From contig NIVC01001184.1 in NCBI GenBank assembly GCA_002269645.1, positions 62,001 to 126,000 of the forward strand: 64,000 bases of DNA, written 5' to 3'. The translations under genes were made by a program, and so were the position numbers. The notes beneath the pieces were generated by a model. The model was not told the origin of the DNA. It did not search any database and was given only the letters and a program-made list of their open reading frames with translations. The stretch comes from Macrostomum lignano. Its lineage: Eukaryota. Every line of letters starts with the position of its first letter. Position 1 is the first letter of the stretch. Shown piece after piece: positions 49,170 through 63,078 of the stretch.

Positions 49170-49585
49170 CACCGATTCCCCAACCATACATTCCCCACAC
49201 AACCATTCCCCACACACCCATTCCCCACACACCCATTCCCCACAAACCCATTCCCCACACACCAATTCCCCACACACCAATTCCCCACACACCAATTCCC
49301 CACACACCCAGATCCCCACACACCCATTTTCCACACACCCATTCCCCACACACCCATTCCCCACACAACCATTCCCCACACACCAATTCCCCACACACCA
49401 ATTCCCCACACACCAATTCCCCACATACCCATTTCCCACACACCAATTCCCCACACACCCATTCCCCACACACCCATTCTCCACACACCCATTCCCCACA
49501 CACCAATTCCCCACACACCAATTCCCCACATACCCATTCCCGACACACCCATTCCACACACCTATTCCCCACACCCCGATTCCTA
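49170..49585. repeat. 15-bp C-rich minisatellite (attccccacacacc[c/a])n
   Basis: About 27 tandem units. Confidence 0.92.
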
Positions 49586-49904
49586 CCCAGGTTTACAAAC
49601 TGTCCGAGGAAAAACGAAAGAAACTGAAGCTTTTGGCAGTAATATAGATTTCGAAATTCTAGTAGTATACAAGAGGGCCTTTAATTATTTTATTTACACT
49701 GTTGCTTAAATCTCACGAAATCCATACCTCGAATCGTCAGTGCCTTGTAGATTCGCCCCCCCCGTTGTCACATGTAGTTCTTCCTTACTGTAAAAAGCAC
49801 AGATACATAATACTCGAGCTAATTAATTGAGCTCACGAAAATGGAGTATAGCTACTTTCTGCCAAAATTTTTACAATTTCCTGTTGGCAAACTAGTTCTC
49901 ACTA

Positions 49905-50123
<219 letters not shown>

Positions 50124-50169
50124 GATACTCGTATATAATCAGTTAGTTCATTATGGTAATTATGAGGGA

Positions 50170-50700
50170 AAGATAAGAGAGGAGAGAGAAGAGTAGAGAG
50201 AGAGGGAGAGAGGAGAGAAGGAGAGAGGAGAGGAGGAGAGAGTAGGGAGGAGAGAAGAGAGAAGAGAGAAGAGGGAAGAGATGCGAGAGTAGAAAGTAGA
50301 GAGAGGAGGAAGAGAGAAGAGAGCAAAAATGAGAGAGGAGAGAGGAGAGAGAAGACAGGAGAGAGAAGGAAGGAGAGAGAAGAAAGGAGAGAAAAAAGAG
50401 GAAAGAGGAGTGAGAAGAGATCAGGAGAGAGGAGAGAGAATTAAGAGAGGAGAAAAGAAACAGAGATGATGAGATGATGAGATAATATATGAGATGAGAA
50501 AAGAGATAAAAGGGGAGAGAGAAGATACATGTATCAGGATAGAGGATCGAAAAAAATTAAGAGAGGAGAAAGAAACGGTGACGATGAGATGATGAGATGA
50601 TAGATGAGATGAGAAAAAGAGAGGAAAGAGGAAAAAAGAGAATAGAGAATTAAAGAGACAGAAAAGAAGAGTGAGGAGAGAGGAGAGAGAAGAGAAGTGA
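50170..50700. repeat. AG-rich low-complexity tract
   Basis: Almost purely purine on the + strand. Confidence 0.85.
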
Positions 50701-50769
50701 AAAGTTTAAATCGAAGTACCTGAGGGATGGAGAGAGGGGCAGGGGCCTGAGGACTGAGTTTGCCATCGC

Positions 50770-51160
50770 GTGCTTTTAGACAGACGTTGCCTGTCATTCC
50801 GCGCTGCACCTGGACCTGGCCGACGAGATCAATGCTTGCCTCAAATCTTTGCATCTGAGGCCATCGGTTAGAGAGCTGCAATTGGGAACCAACATGAGGG
50901 CTGAGTGTATGGGGATAAAACGGCTTACGAGATTCAATTTTCTTACCAATCCCTTGCAAATTGGTGACAGCCAACTGGAGGTCAGGTCCACCAATTGCTG
51001 CATTCGGTACAATCATAACTTCTGTGCTTCAGAAGTTATGAAGCACAGAACTTAACTTCAAGGTAAAGTTTACCTAAACCTGTCGCACATATTTTCTGCC
51101 ATTGACTGGCTGTCAAAGACAACCATTTTTTTGCCCCGGGAATTTTTAATGTGACTATAA
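50770..51160 (+). mobile_element. Helitron Pif1-type helicase relic
   Basis: Broken frames give FRQTLPVIPR, ADEINACLKS.HL...V..LQLGTNMR, F...PLQIGDS and DWLSKTTIF.P.N, which are typical RepHel helicase motifs. Confidence 0.8.
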
Positions 51161-53074
51161 CTTTAGATTTAGGAATATGAGAAAAATACTTCCCGGGTTT
51201 CGAATTCAGCGGTTTCAAAATCTGCAGGTTTAAACAGCTTGCGTTATAGACAAAATGCAGATATACCGGCCGGCCGCGTGTCTGAATGGATTTGATTTGA
51301 AACGGTGGGTAAAAATTATAACAAAAAAAAACAAAGTGTAACAACACTGTAGGTAATTTGGAATACTTATTAGTGAAATATTGTTCACGATAACACCTAA
51401 ATACTTTTGATTTATTTTGTAGAGACTTTTATTTGCTAAAGTACTGAAAACATCTAATGAACATTTAGTTGCTCGTGTGTACACCTTAACTGTGAGCAAT
51501 TTTGTGCGCACATTGTAACTCAGTTGTTTCTATATTTAGCTGAGTAGCTGAGGCCGAGGGTTTGTGTGGGCGTCTATTTTCTTTAATTTAACTTAAGGTC
51601 ATAATAGGGTGGGGTTGTACGCCATAATTGCAGTCCCACTAAGTAAGTCTATCATATCTATCATAGACAGGCTAATTTGTAAATTAGGCCTAGCCTAGGC
51701 CTATTAGGGCCTATTTACTAACTTAGAACTTACTTAGGTCGTTAGGAGTTAGGACTAGGAGTTAGGCCTAGGAGTTAAATCTCGCAAGGCCTATTTGTAC
51801 ACGTGCGATGTACAGTGAACATGACATTGCCCACTGCCACTAGGGCCACTAGGCTACACAAACTGACAATGCAACACATTAGGCCTACACTCACTAATCT
51901 CATATGTTAGATTAAAATTACAAAATCTATTTCATTCTTAATTCACTTATTTTTACTTGAATTTATAAATAAACTAGGCCCTAACTATCTTTGACTTGTG
52001 CTAAATTTCTATTTCTATTGTCATTGGACATTAATATACAGAATCTAGTGAGATTTTAAAAGTTTTTTTGTGATTTTTTATTCCATTTAATAAATCATAT
52101 TTACCTAAGTAAAAAGACATTAATTCTTGAAAATTGGTCAAGTAAGGCCTAATACTAATACAGCATGTGGGTTGTTGGCAATTTCTGGCCCAGGGCCAAA
52201 TCTGGCTGGCTCCCTAAGCCCCTGATTGCAGCGCATGGGCATTTTGGCGGACGGCGTCCGGCGCGGATCAGCCTGCGCGGCGCAGCATTGGTGGTGGACC
52301 AGGGGTAAGTCGCAAAAATGCCACCCCATTGAATACGGGCGTAGTACTAATTAGATGCCGAGGCATTTAGGCTGGATAAGACAGTCATAGTTACTCCTGC
52401 CGTTTACCCAAAACTGCGTTAATTTTGCTTTAGGGTTTCTTTCACAGGTAAGTCATTTCACAGCGTGGCGCAGGTTGTGTAGGCGTCTGGCGTACTTAAG
52501 CCATGCGCTGCAATAGGGCCTAAGCCTAAGGGCTAAGCCTTCTAATCTGGCCCCTAGAGCCTTCCAATCTAGCCCCAAGGCCCTCAATGATCTAACATTG
52601 TATTTGGTCCTCTGGACTTTCACTCCACCTATTTTTCTCTTGCTTTTACCTTTCTTATCTCTATCCTATGTTGGGCTCTTGTAGAGGAAAGATTGGCTGC
52701 AGCCTGCAGGTCTACATTTTTTAACTTTTAAGAAGTGGTTGTTGGGGTCAAAAAAGAAAAACAAGAATATGGCAGGTTTTAGAAAGAGAAAATCTCAATG
52801 GTTATGGTAAGATTCAAGTTTTGATCATCATTAATTTAAAAAATGTCTCTTTAGACTCAGACTGATATATTGCAAACTATAGTTTTTTTATTTCTTTATA
52901 TTATTCATCTCTAGGCCCTAGAAAAACTTGGCTATTTGGCCTTGGCTTTGAAAAGGTTGCCAACTCATAGCCTAATATATAGTTATAAAACTAGACATTT
53001 GTAGATGATGCTCCTTGCTTAAGTGCTCTGTAGATATCTGCCTTAGATAAAAACATATAGCATATGCTATACAC

Positions 53075-53720
53075 CTTGAATAATGATCATTGTGTGACCC
53101 TTTGGCAACTTAAAGACTCTCTGGAGACACCTATGTAGAGCATTTATTATATAATTACTGATTATCTCAACATGACACATGTTGCACTATAGGTCCCTAA
53201 GCTTCTAATATTGGCCCAGCTGCGGGAGAGGGTCTATATCTAAAACCAACTTCTGAATGCTTATCAAAATGAGCCCAAATTTCTTGGTTGCCTAGTTACT
53301 AGTGATAAATCATGGTTTCACTACTATAAACCAGAGACCAAGTAGTAAAATAGCATATAGAAGGCATATGATTAAGCCCTACTTGTCAAAGCCAAGATTA
53401 TATAGGCCCTAGTCTGCTACAAAGTGCATGGAAATAGTCTTTTAGGACAAAGAAAGCATCTTGCTAATTGAATGGCTGCTAGAAAGAAAGAACCATCAAT
53501 GCCCAGTATTATTATGAAATCATGAAGTGGTTGCATGAAAAGATCAGGAGTAAGTGCCATGGAATGATCACTAGGGGCATAGTGCTTAAACATGACAATG
53601 CTAGGCTACATACCTACAATGCTACTCTAGACATCATCAAGAGACTAGGCTTTGAGCTTCTGCTTTACCTAGCCTATTTTCTTGACTTAGTCCCTTTAGC
53701 CATCTAGCCATTTCATTGTC
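53075..53720 (+). pseudogene. Decayed mariner (DD34D-type) transposase
   Basis: Relic motifs: *VPKLL (WVP), VTSDKSWFHYYKPETK (GDE.W..Y.PE.K), IVF*D, TINAQYY, HDNARLH and LGFELLLYLAYFLDLVP (HP.YSPDLAP). Multiple stops and frameshifts. Confidence 0.88.
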
Positions 53721-54687
53721 ATTGCTATAGAAGCCTTTCTGCTCTCGGCTCTGCAATCAACTAGTGGTTCTTTATGTCCAAAATATTTTTTTGCCCAGGG
53801 TGCCAGGCTTATAGCAGGAAGCACTAAATAAAAATGGGACTTTTGTGGCATGAAAGCTAAAATAAACCACTAACTTTTAAGGCAAATGATTTTTTTAACA
53901 CATATTAATACTTGTGGAAGCAAGCAAAGTGACACTACTTCTGGGATACCCCTTGTAGTTTTATATTCACTATAAAAAGAAAAAAGTTTCTGACTTGAAT
54001 TGCTTTGGCTAGGGTTTTAGGTTATTATTATTATTATTATTAATCCCAATCAGTATTAAAGTATTAAAGAGACTTTAGAAGCTAAATATTAAGAAAAGGT
54101 TAATTCCAAGATTTGAGGTCAAATAATCAAGTAACTAATAAACTATTGCTTATCTTTAAAAGGTTCATATGTATGCTTGTTTATAAGTTCTTATTTATGT
54201 TACTATTTGCTTATGTGAGCTATAAATATATTCCTATAATTAATATAAGAAATTTTGCCATTATATATGAGCATACACAACCTTTGAAATGGCATCAGCC
54301 ATGCAATTTAGCTTTGTAATGTACCTGAGCTAGTACTTAGTTTGCTAATCTTTCAACTTGTTTAGTTATTGGTATTCAAGCAATTAACAGATCAATCTAT
54401 CTAGGGGATTCTAACTTAGGAAACAAAAAAATTTATACAGTTAGCATTTTAGCAGCAATAGTGTTTAGCAGCAATAGATCTAGGCTAATCCATGTGTCAG
54501 CTGAACACCTGTAATAGAAACTAAGGAATAACTATTTATCTTCAAATGCCAAAATCATTCATAAATTGTAAAATAATGCTTTTCAAAATTTTTTTTCATT
54601 AATGTGTGTCTTATTCAACAAATAATCAGCTTAACTCAGAACTATTTTTTTGTTTGAAAATCTATCTGGTATATAGTTGAGTCAGCA

Positions 54688-56910
54688 ATGTCTATTGAAA
54701 ATCGCAAGCGGCGCCGTAGACTGCTTCTGTCATTGGTGTTCATATTAAGCTTAGTGGAGTTGGGTCTACTGATAGCTGCCTATTCAACTCAACACTGGGT
54801 GGACGCCACGCCAACTCGTAAAGTTGATAAGCCTATTGCTGATGCAGCTAAGAATTTGAGCTCATCAAAACTTAGCGGCTATGTAAGATTTTTTGCACTT
54901 TTAAACTGAAATATATTGCTGCTTACTTCATGGCCTGAACATAGATAATTAGGCTTAGATCATACAGTTAAGCTTAGACCATAAAGGCAGCCAAAGCTTA
55001 GACCATAGAGACAGTTAAGCTTAGACCATAGAGACAGTTAAGCTTAGACCATAGAGACAGTCAAAGCTTAGACCATAGAGACAGTTAAGCTTAGACCATA
55101 AAGGCAGCCAAAGCTTAGACCATAGAGACAGTCAAAGCTTAGACCATAGAGACAATTAAGCCTAGACCGCAACCAATGGTCTAGTCAAAGCTTAGACCAT
55201 AGAGACAGTTAAGCCTAGACCGCAACCAATGGTCTAGTCAAAGCTTAGACCATAGAGACAGTTAAGCCTAGACCGCAACCAATGGTCTAGTCAAAGCTTA
55301 GACCATAGAGACAGTTAAGCCTAGACCGCAACCAATGGTCTAGTCAAAGCTTAGACCATAGAGACAGTTAAGCCTAGACCGCAACCAATGGTCTAGTCAA
55401 AGCTTAGACCATAGAGACAGTCAAAGCTTAGACCATAGAGACAGTCAAAGCTTAGACCATAGAGACAGTTAAGCTTAGACCATAGAGACAGTTAAGCTTA
55501 GACCATAGAGACAGTTAAGCTTAGACCATAGAGACAGTCAAAGCTTAGACCATAGAGACAGTTAAGCGTAGACCATAGAGACAGTCAACGCTTAGACCAT
55601 AGAGACAGTTAAGCTTAGACCATAGAGACAGTTAAGCTTAGACCATAGAGACAGTTAAAGCTTAGACCATAGAGACAGTTAAGCGTAGACCATAGAGACA
55701 GTCAAAGCTTAGACCATAGAGACAGTTAAGCTTAGACCATAGAGACAGTCAAAGCTTAGACCATAGAGACAGTCAAAGCTTAGACCATAGAGACAGTTAA
55801 GCTTAGACCATAGAGACAGTTAAGCTTAGACCATAGAGACAGTCAAAGCTTAGACCATAGAGACAGTCAAAGCTTAGACCATAGAGACAGTCAAAGCTTA
55901 GACCATAGAGACAGTTAAAGCTTAGACCATAGAGACAGTTAAGCGTAGAACATAGAGACAGTCAAAGCTTAGACCATAGAGACAGTTAAAGCTTAGACCA
56001 TAGAGACAGTTAAGCGTAGAACATAGAGACAGTCAAAGCTTAGACCATAGAGACAGTTAAAGCTTAGACCATAGAGACAGTTAAGCGTAGACCATAGAGA
56101 CAGTTAAAGCTTAGACCATAGAGACAGTTAAGCGTAGACCGCAACCAAATAGGATTTGACCATGTTTAAATTATGAACAGCACTTATGTTTAGAGCACAG
56201 AAAATCAGATTTGGGTGCAGACTAGGTCTACTCTACAGTCAATCGTATGTACGGTCTTTATAATGAACCTTATCCTACCTACGCAGGTACACTTAGGCCT
56301 GTTCGTTGGTGTCCAGTCTCTGGACAACGGGCTGGGCCCAAGAGTTGTTCAAATCGATGTCCGAGCTCAAGTCATGGCCGATCCGCCACTGTTTAGCTTC
56401 GGTCTGTGGGTTGCCATGCTAGTGTTTGGTCTACTGACCGCTGCTTGGGCTCTGGTAAGATTTCCTAATTACATTTTATCTAAATTAGTTATTTATATAA
56501 GCGGTTAATAAAGCATTTCTTACTTGGCTGAAATGCAGGTCAGCGCAGGTTTCGCCCTGCTCAACATCGGTCGTAAACCAGTTCGGACACTGAGCGGGCC
56601 AGCCGGACTTTACCTGTGGAACACCTGCGGATTAATTGCCTGTCTAGCCGCTATCGGCGTATTCTTAGCCGCTTATTTTATTAGCCTGAGCAAAAATGTG
56701 CTGCGACAATCTGATATTGATGATTATTTCTGGACTAGCGATGGGGCCGCCTGGCTTGGCATGTCATTCTACCTGTTGGTAGGCTGCGTGCCCTGCGTGT
56801 TGGTTGCTCACCTGTTCACCTGGCTGGCTGGCGGCGATCTGCCCTGTCGGAGGCGCGACGCTCTGGAGAAAACTCGACTAGAAGGCATGGACGCTGTGAT
56901 CATGTACTGA
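54688..56910 (+). CDS. CLRN: Clarin-family tetraspan protein, 3 coding exons (54688-54882, 56287-56454, 56539-56910), 244 aa
   Basis: Two phase-0 GT-AG introns keep the frame. Motifs T.HWV.A, HLGLF.G, LNI..KP..TL.GP.GLYLWN and the C-terminal LAG..LP...D..MY match clarins. A possible upstream 5'UTR donor lies at 52448 and an acceptor at 54676. Confidence 0.9.
54958..56140. repeat. 22/23-bp intronic minisatellite (gcttagaccatagagacagttaa) with a longer hairpin variant
   Basis: Roughly 45-50 units filling clarin intron 1. The variant contains tagacc-gcaaccaat-ggtcta. Confidence 0.93.
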
Positions 56911-57059
56911 TTTTGGCTGGCATTGCGGCTGTGGTATGATGTCAGCTTTTCTGCTCACGACTGGGCTAGGGACTGCGATATCATTTGGGTGTTTTAGCGC
57001 TGGTTGTTTATTTAGTGACTTGAATCTGCCTGTCATTTGTATTATTCTATTGTTCTTGG

Positions 57060-57485
<426 letters not shown>

Positions 57486-58404
57486 GCCTAAATGAATGAT
57501 TTCCTGATCAAAACAAAACTCCCTGAGTTCCCTCAACCGAAATCTATTTAACCATCTGCGCGGGCCAAATGTCACACCAACAGTCAGTCTGAGGCCAATT
57601 GAATTTCAAAATTTGTTATGTCCTGGGCTACTGACACAGCTATGTTGGATCAATTTTTTTTGTTCTAAAATTTTGATACTCAGTGCTAATCTGAGCTTAT
57701 TTTAACTGCGGTTATAAAATTCGAATATAACTAGCTAATCCTGTGGAAAATATTTCTTATATTATATCTAATAAAGTAGACAATAGCTAACTGTTATATA
57801 CTCCGCAAAAATACAAAATGTCACATTTTTTGTTTAACTTTTTTATATAATATTATATCATTCAAACTGCCAAAATAAGACAACTTTTGTGGCTGTCTTA
57901 TTCAGCTTGGTTTCAGTTTTGCTTCTGTGTTTCTGTTGTGATTTTCTTTGTATTCTGTTTGCATCCGTTGTCCTGCTCTGCTTTTCACGCAGCTTTCACG
58001 ATTGGAAACAACAACAAAATTATCGACATTTGAAAATGCTTCGTCTGCTTATTTTTTTCTTATTTACATTTTCTAGTTATTTTTAGTTACAGCATCAGCT
58101 GGTTCGCTCACAACTTGGTCATTCCAGCAGATTTATTAACAGTATGATAATTGGATATTAATTGTTTTTAATTTCGCTTTCTTTATCCCTCTCAGAATAG
58201 CGATTAACATTCGTCACATTTGCGTATTGCTTGTACATTCCTGTTTGAATTGCAGCTGAACTTTTTGTTATGTATACGTACGTATGTTTCATCTAGAAGC
58301 TGTATGTGATTATTACTTTGACGTGTTTTAATTGGGCAATTAGACTTTGAAGATGAGTTAAATTAAACCATGCTCCATATGTTTTTTATATTGGGCCATT
58401 AACA

Positions 58405-58830
58405 ATCAGATTAGGCCATAGAAAATACGTCTTCGACCGTAGACGATTGGATTGGGCCATAGACAATACGGCTTCGACCATATACAATACAGCTTCCACC
58501 ATAGACAATACAGCTTCCACCATAGACAATTAGATAGGGCCATCGACAATCGGATTGGGCCATAGACAGTTGGATTGGGCGATAGACAGATTGGACCATA
58601 GACAGTTGGATTGGGCGATAGACAGATTGGGCCATAGACAATTGGATTGGGCGATAGACAGATTGGGCCATAGACAATTGGATTGGGCGATAGACAATTA
58701 CGTGGGGCCATAGACAATTGGTTTTGGCCATAAAGAATTGTATTGGGCCATAGAAATTACGGCTTCGACCATAGACAATTAGATAGGACCATAGAGAATT
58801 AGGCTTGAAAGACAGAATCGTTGTCAATAA
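58405..58830. repeat. Degenerate minisatellite built on ccatagacaat/ggattggg
   Basis: Alternating subunits of about 15-16 bp with ~31-bp periodicity in the core. Confidence 0.8.
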
Positions 58831-59389
58831 GGCTCATATGAGAGATAGTTATGACTCTGGTTTTTTTCTGTTTATTTTTGATCAAACTATTAACAGCTGT
58901 AAATGGATTTTTAAGGTTTAGCTACGTGACTATCCTCTAGGTACATTATCATGGAGGCGTACATTGCTCACTTGCGCATTTAACCATTAAAAACTGGTAC
59001 ACATTTTCAATGTAGCTATTCTTACACGAATAACCTTCCATTGCTAACGAAAAAAATTAATATTATCGAAATTTCTCTTTAAAAAAGTGTTTTGGGCTGT
59101 TTTTATCTGTTCGTAATCCCGCTTGCTACACATTGTTAAAAAATTGTGCCTTTTTATAACACAATACGCTGCTTGTGTCACTTTTTCTATATTAATTAAT
59201 TTATCATTTTTTATTTACTCACCGCCGTAATAATATTTCAATAAATTCTGCGCCGAAGGTGAATCTCAATAATTTTACCTCTAAAAGCATTATTGAGTAG
59301 TGTGTCAGTTTTAGATGTTTGAGTAAATATCAAATACGAGTTTAATGTCAAATCATTTATTATAATTTTAGAATTTTATTAAAAAAACA

Positions 59390-59670
59390 ACAGAATTTCA
59401 CACAACCGGCGAGAGGCATTACTGCCCCATTCCGCCGACTCCCCTGAGCAGGCACACAAGCGCGCGGATACGTACGCAGTCATACGCACAGGCACACACA
59501 GGAGTGTACAGCGGCCCTAACTTTATTTATCGCTAGGCATGTACACTTCGCTTTGCCTTGGGAGTTGGCCTTCAAGATTCCAATTTAGCCCCATATCACG
59601 TGACTGCACTTGGAATCGAGCCTGGGCCGCTGGCACACCAGAGCGCCGCGCTGCATGGACCACTGATTTC
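59390..59670 (-). mobile_element. Probable tRNA-derived SINE
   Basis: On the minus strand, an A-box-like cagtggtccatgcagcg is followed by a B-box-like ggctcgattcc (59622-59612) and a GC-rich body in AT-rich flanks. No full tRNA cloverleaf. Confidence 0.45.
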
Positions 59671-62284
59671 TTTACGGGAAACTATAAGAGACTATGGCTT
59701 CCTTATGCTAAGGGGTAACAGAAAATTAATTTTAACAAATAACAGCTGAATCATGATTTTGCAAAATTGTTGCAACATGATTTTAAAAAATTCTCTAAAT
59801 CAGAAGGCTAACAGCTAAACAGACAGCTTGACTTTATTTACATTTCTTATTCGTGGCCTCCTCGTCACTTAACAAAAGAACGAAAAAACAAAGACCGAAA
59901 CAAAGAACGAAAAAAGCTGCAAAATAAAAGTTATTGTTTAATTACTCGTAATTACGTTAAAAGTTTATTGCAAATAATTAGCGCCGCAAAAAATGTTTTG
60001 ATTTTTATCGAAAATTAACTTAAAACTTCTCTGCTTTAATAGACTATTAATAATAATACAAGCGGCCTAAAACAGACAAAACAATAATGTAAGATTATGG
60101 TTGCTATATATAGATGCTGGCTGCAAAGCGCATAAATTGCTGCGATACTAAAATGGTGACAAGTATTGTTACGTATTTTTACACGCAGAAAATGAACAAA
60201 CCAATTATAACGAAAGATTACATGAATAAATTCGGTTATATATGAGGATGGACAGCAAGATAAGTGTTCATTTTCTGATATTTAGAAACTAAAAAGAATG
60301 TTAAAAGCAGGATATACTATATACTAATTACATTTTAGTTTAATAATCACATGACGTAACAAAGCAAATCTAAATATAGAAACAAGAAGATAAATAGCAA
60401 AAATCTGTACTTTAACACAAACAATCACATCGGTTATAGTTACAGAGGTAAACAGTTACAGATGCAAGAGGAATTTACTGAACCGCAACCTCGCTACACT
60501 TAGAAAATTAATGTACAGTTTAAATTGTGTAAGCGAGGAAAACATTACATACAATTGCGACTTTATAATTAGTGTTATAGAATACAAGAACGGGACCAGA
60601 ACGCGTGACTAGGCGAAATATGAAATTTGTTTGCTCAGATCTGAATTTGTTCAGATCTGATGATTTTAAAAAAGGATAAAAACATTCTCAGACAATATAG
60701 TTACTGTAAGTATAAAATTTACACCCTGCTGTTGAGACTTAAATGGCTCGAAATTTAACTTGAGGCCAAAAAGTCGAATGCAATTTTTTTGTCGCGCAGA
60801 TGAAGCTGAGCTGTTAATTCAATGGCGGAATTACTTTTAATAAAGCACGGAAAGGACTTCATAATTACTGCAAGTCCAAGTGCGCGGTAGCCTGTTTCGA
60901 ATTGGTGCCAAAAATTTGATTAGCACGCTTTAACAAAATATCAAATTTAATGACTTTAGTTTTCAATGCGAAATACTTGAGTTTAGTATTAATGTTAATT
61001 ATTTTAATGGTGACCTTTTTGCTAGCTAGTAATATAGCGCTAAGATGGCAAGATCAAAGTAAGTAACTTTATCAAATTAGTGGCATAGATGGACTTTTTA
61101 TGCGAAAAATTTGAATATCGACAGAAAGAAAAACTAAAAAGTAAGTAAACAACTAATCGATTGACAATATCAGGTGTGACTAGTGATAAACTAATAAATA
61201 AATAAGCAAGCTGATCATCGATCTAAGAAAAGCAATTTTGCAGAGTAGTACACTATAAATATCATATTTAGACTAGGCAGTGTAAAACAAGGAAAATGAA
61301 TATATAACTCTGAGAAGAGCAAAAAAAGAAAAATCAATTGCTACGATTACAATGACAGAGAGGATGGAAAAAAACCGAACTACAATAAAAACATAAATGA
61401 GAAACAACTCACAATATAGAAATAAATATTTCTCCAATGTAGATTTCCTTATTACTAAATGACAAATACTACCATATACTAATTGCAGTGTAATTAGACT
61501 TCAAACAGCGATATATTTCAGCTAAGAAAAAACGTACGGGGCGCTTAAACTGTTAAAAAAATTGATAACGACGTTTGTGAATTTTGTTATAACCGACTGA
61601 CAAAAATAGGTTTTTCAAAATGAATAACTGTACATCAGTAAGTAGTGTTTCTTGGAAATAGACAGAATAGAGAGTTAAAAGAGTGAGACACTAGATGACA
61701 CCCGGAACCGAACTCAGACGCGAGCTGGCTCGCACCTGGCCTGATCAGAGCGCTGAATACCCACGGTAGTGTTGTAGGCATGGTGACCAGCCGGCTCCTG
61801 CAAATGCATTTATATCATTGGTTGGCTTGGTACATGCGGTTTCTGAACATAGTTGGCCCATACTGAATAATGGAAAGTGAAAGATATCGGTGTCAACAGA
61901 GTTCACCGCTGTCCTTTATTGTTCTGGAATATTTTTCATGAAAATTAGTTTATAAAATTGTTCCGCTGTGTTAGTTTTATAAAATTTACCAAGCTATAAG
62001 AGATGAAACATGCATGGAAAAATTCAAAACCAGTTAGCTGGCAAATTTGCCTACTAATTAACTAAGCTAATTAAAACTAAGAAGAGCAGCCCAGCAACCT
62101 CTGAATGCTTCAAGTTACCCACACCGTAAGACTTTGATACAGCGAATTTGTGCGAATTAATTGAGACTCCGCAGCCAAGGCCAAGGCAGCAGCCAGCAAC
62201 GGAGAGCATGGGCGCAAATTAAAGAAAAAAGCAGGCTTTTGATGCAGTACCAATCATGCTGCTGACGGTCTGGGGATGAAATGA

Positions 62285-62303
62285 TAGACAGACAGACACA
62301 GGC

Positions 62304-62372
<69 letters not shown>

Positions 62373-62514
62373 CAGGCAGACAGACAGACACAGGCAGACA
62401 GACAGACTGACAGACAGACACAGGCAGACAGACAGAAAGACAGACAGACAGACATACAGACAGACAGACACAGACAGATAGACAGACAGACAGACACAGG
62501 CAGACAGACAGACT

Positions 62515-62562
<48 letters not shown>

Positions 62563-62643
62563 CAGGCAGACAGACAGAAAGACAGACAGACAGACATACA
62601 GACCGACAGACACAGACAGATAGACACAGGCAGACAGACAGGC

Positions 62644-62684
<41 letters not shown>

Positions 62685-62799
62685 GCCAGACACAGGCAGA
62701 CAGACGGACAGACAGACACAGGCAGACAGATAGAAAGACAGACAGACAGACAGACAGACCGACAGACACAGACAGATAGACACAGGCAGACAGACAGGC

Positions 62800-62856
<57 letters not shown>

Positions 62857-62869
62857 GCCAGACACAGGC

Positions 62870-62902
<33 letters not shown>

Positions 62903-62915
62903 GCCAGACACAGGC

Positions 62916-62956
<41 letters not shown>

Positions 62957-62969
62957 GCCAGACACAGGC

Positions 62970-63006
<37 letters not shown>

Positions 63007-63019
63007 GCCAGACACAGGC

Positions 63020-63052
<33 letters not shown>

Positions 63053-63078
63053 GCCAGACACAGGCAGACAGACAGACA
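62285..63078. repeat. (CAGA)n compound microsatellite
   Basis: Read directly. Confidence 0.95.

Noticed and set aside
61695-61800. Second possible SINE head (gagttcggttcc on the minus strand)
   Set aside because: The B-box match is weak, with no clear A box or tail.
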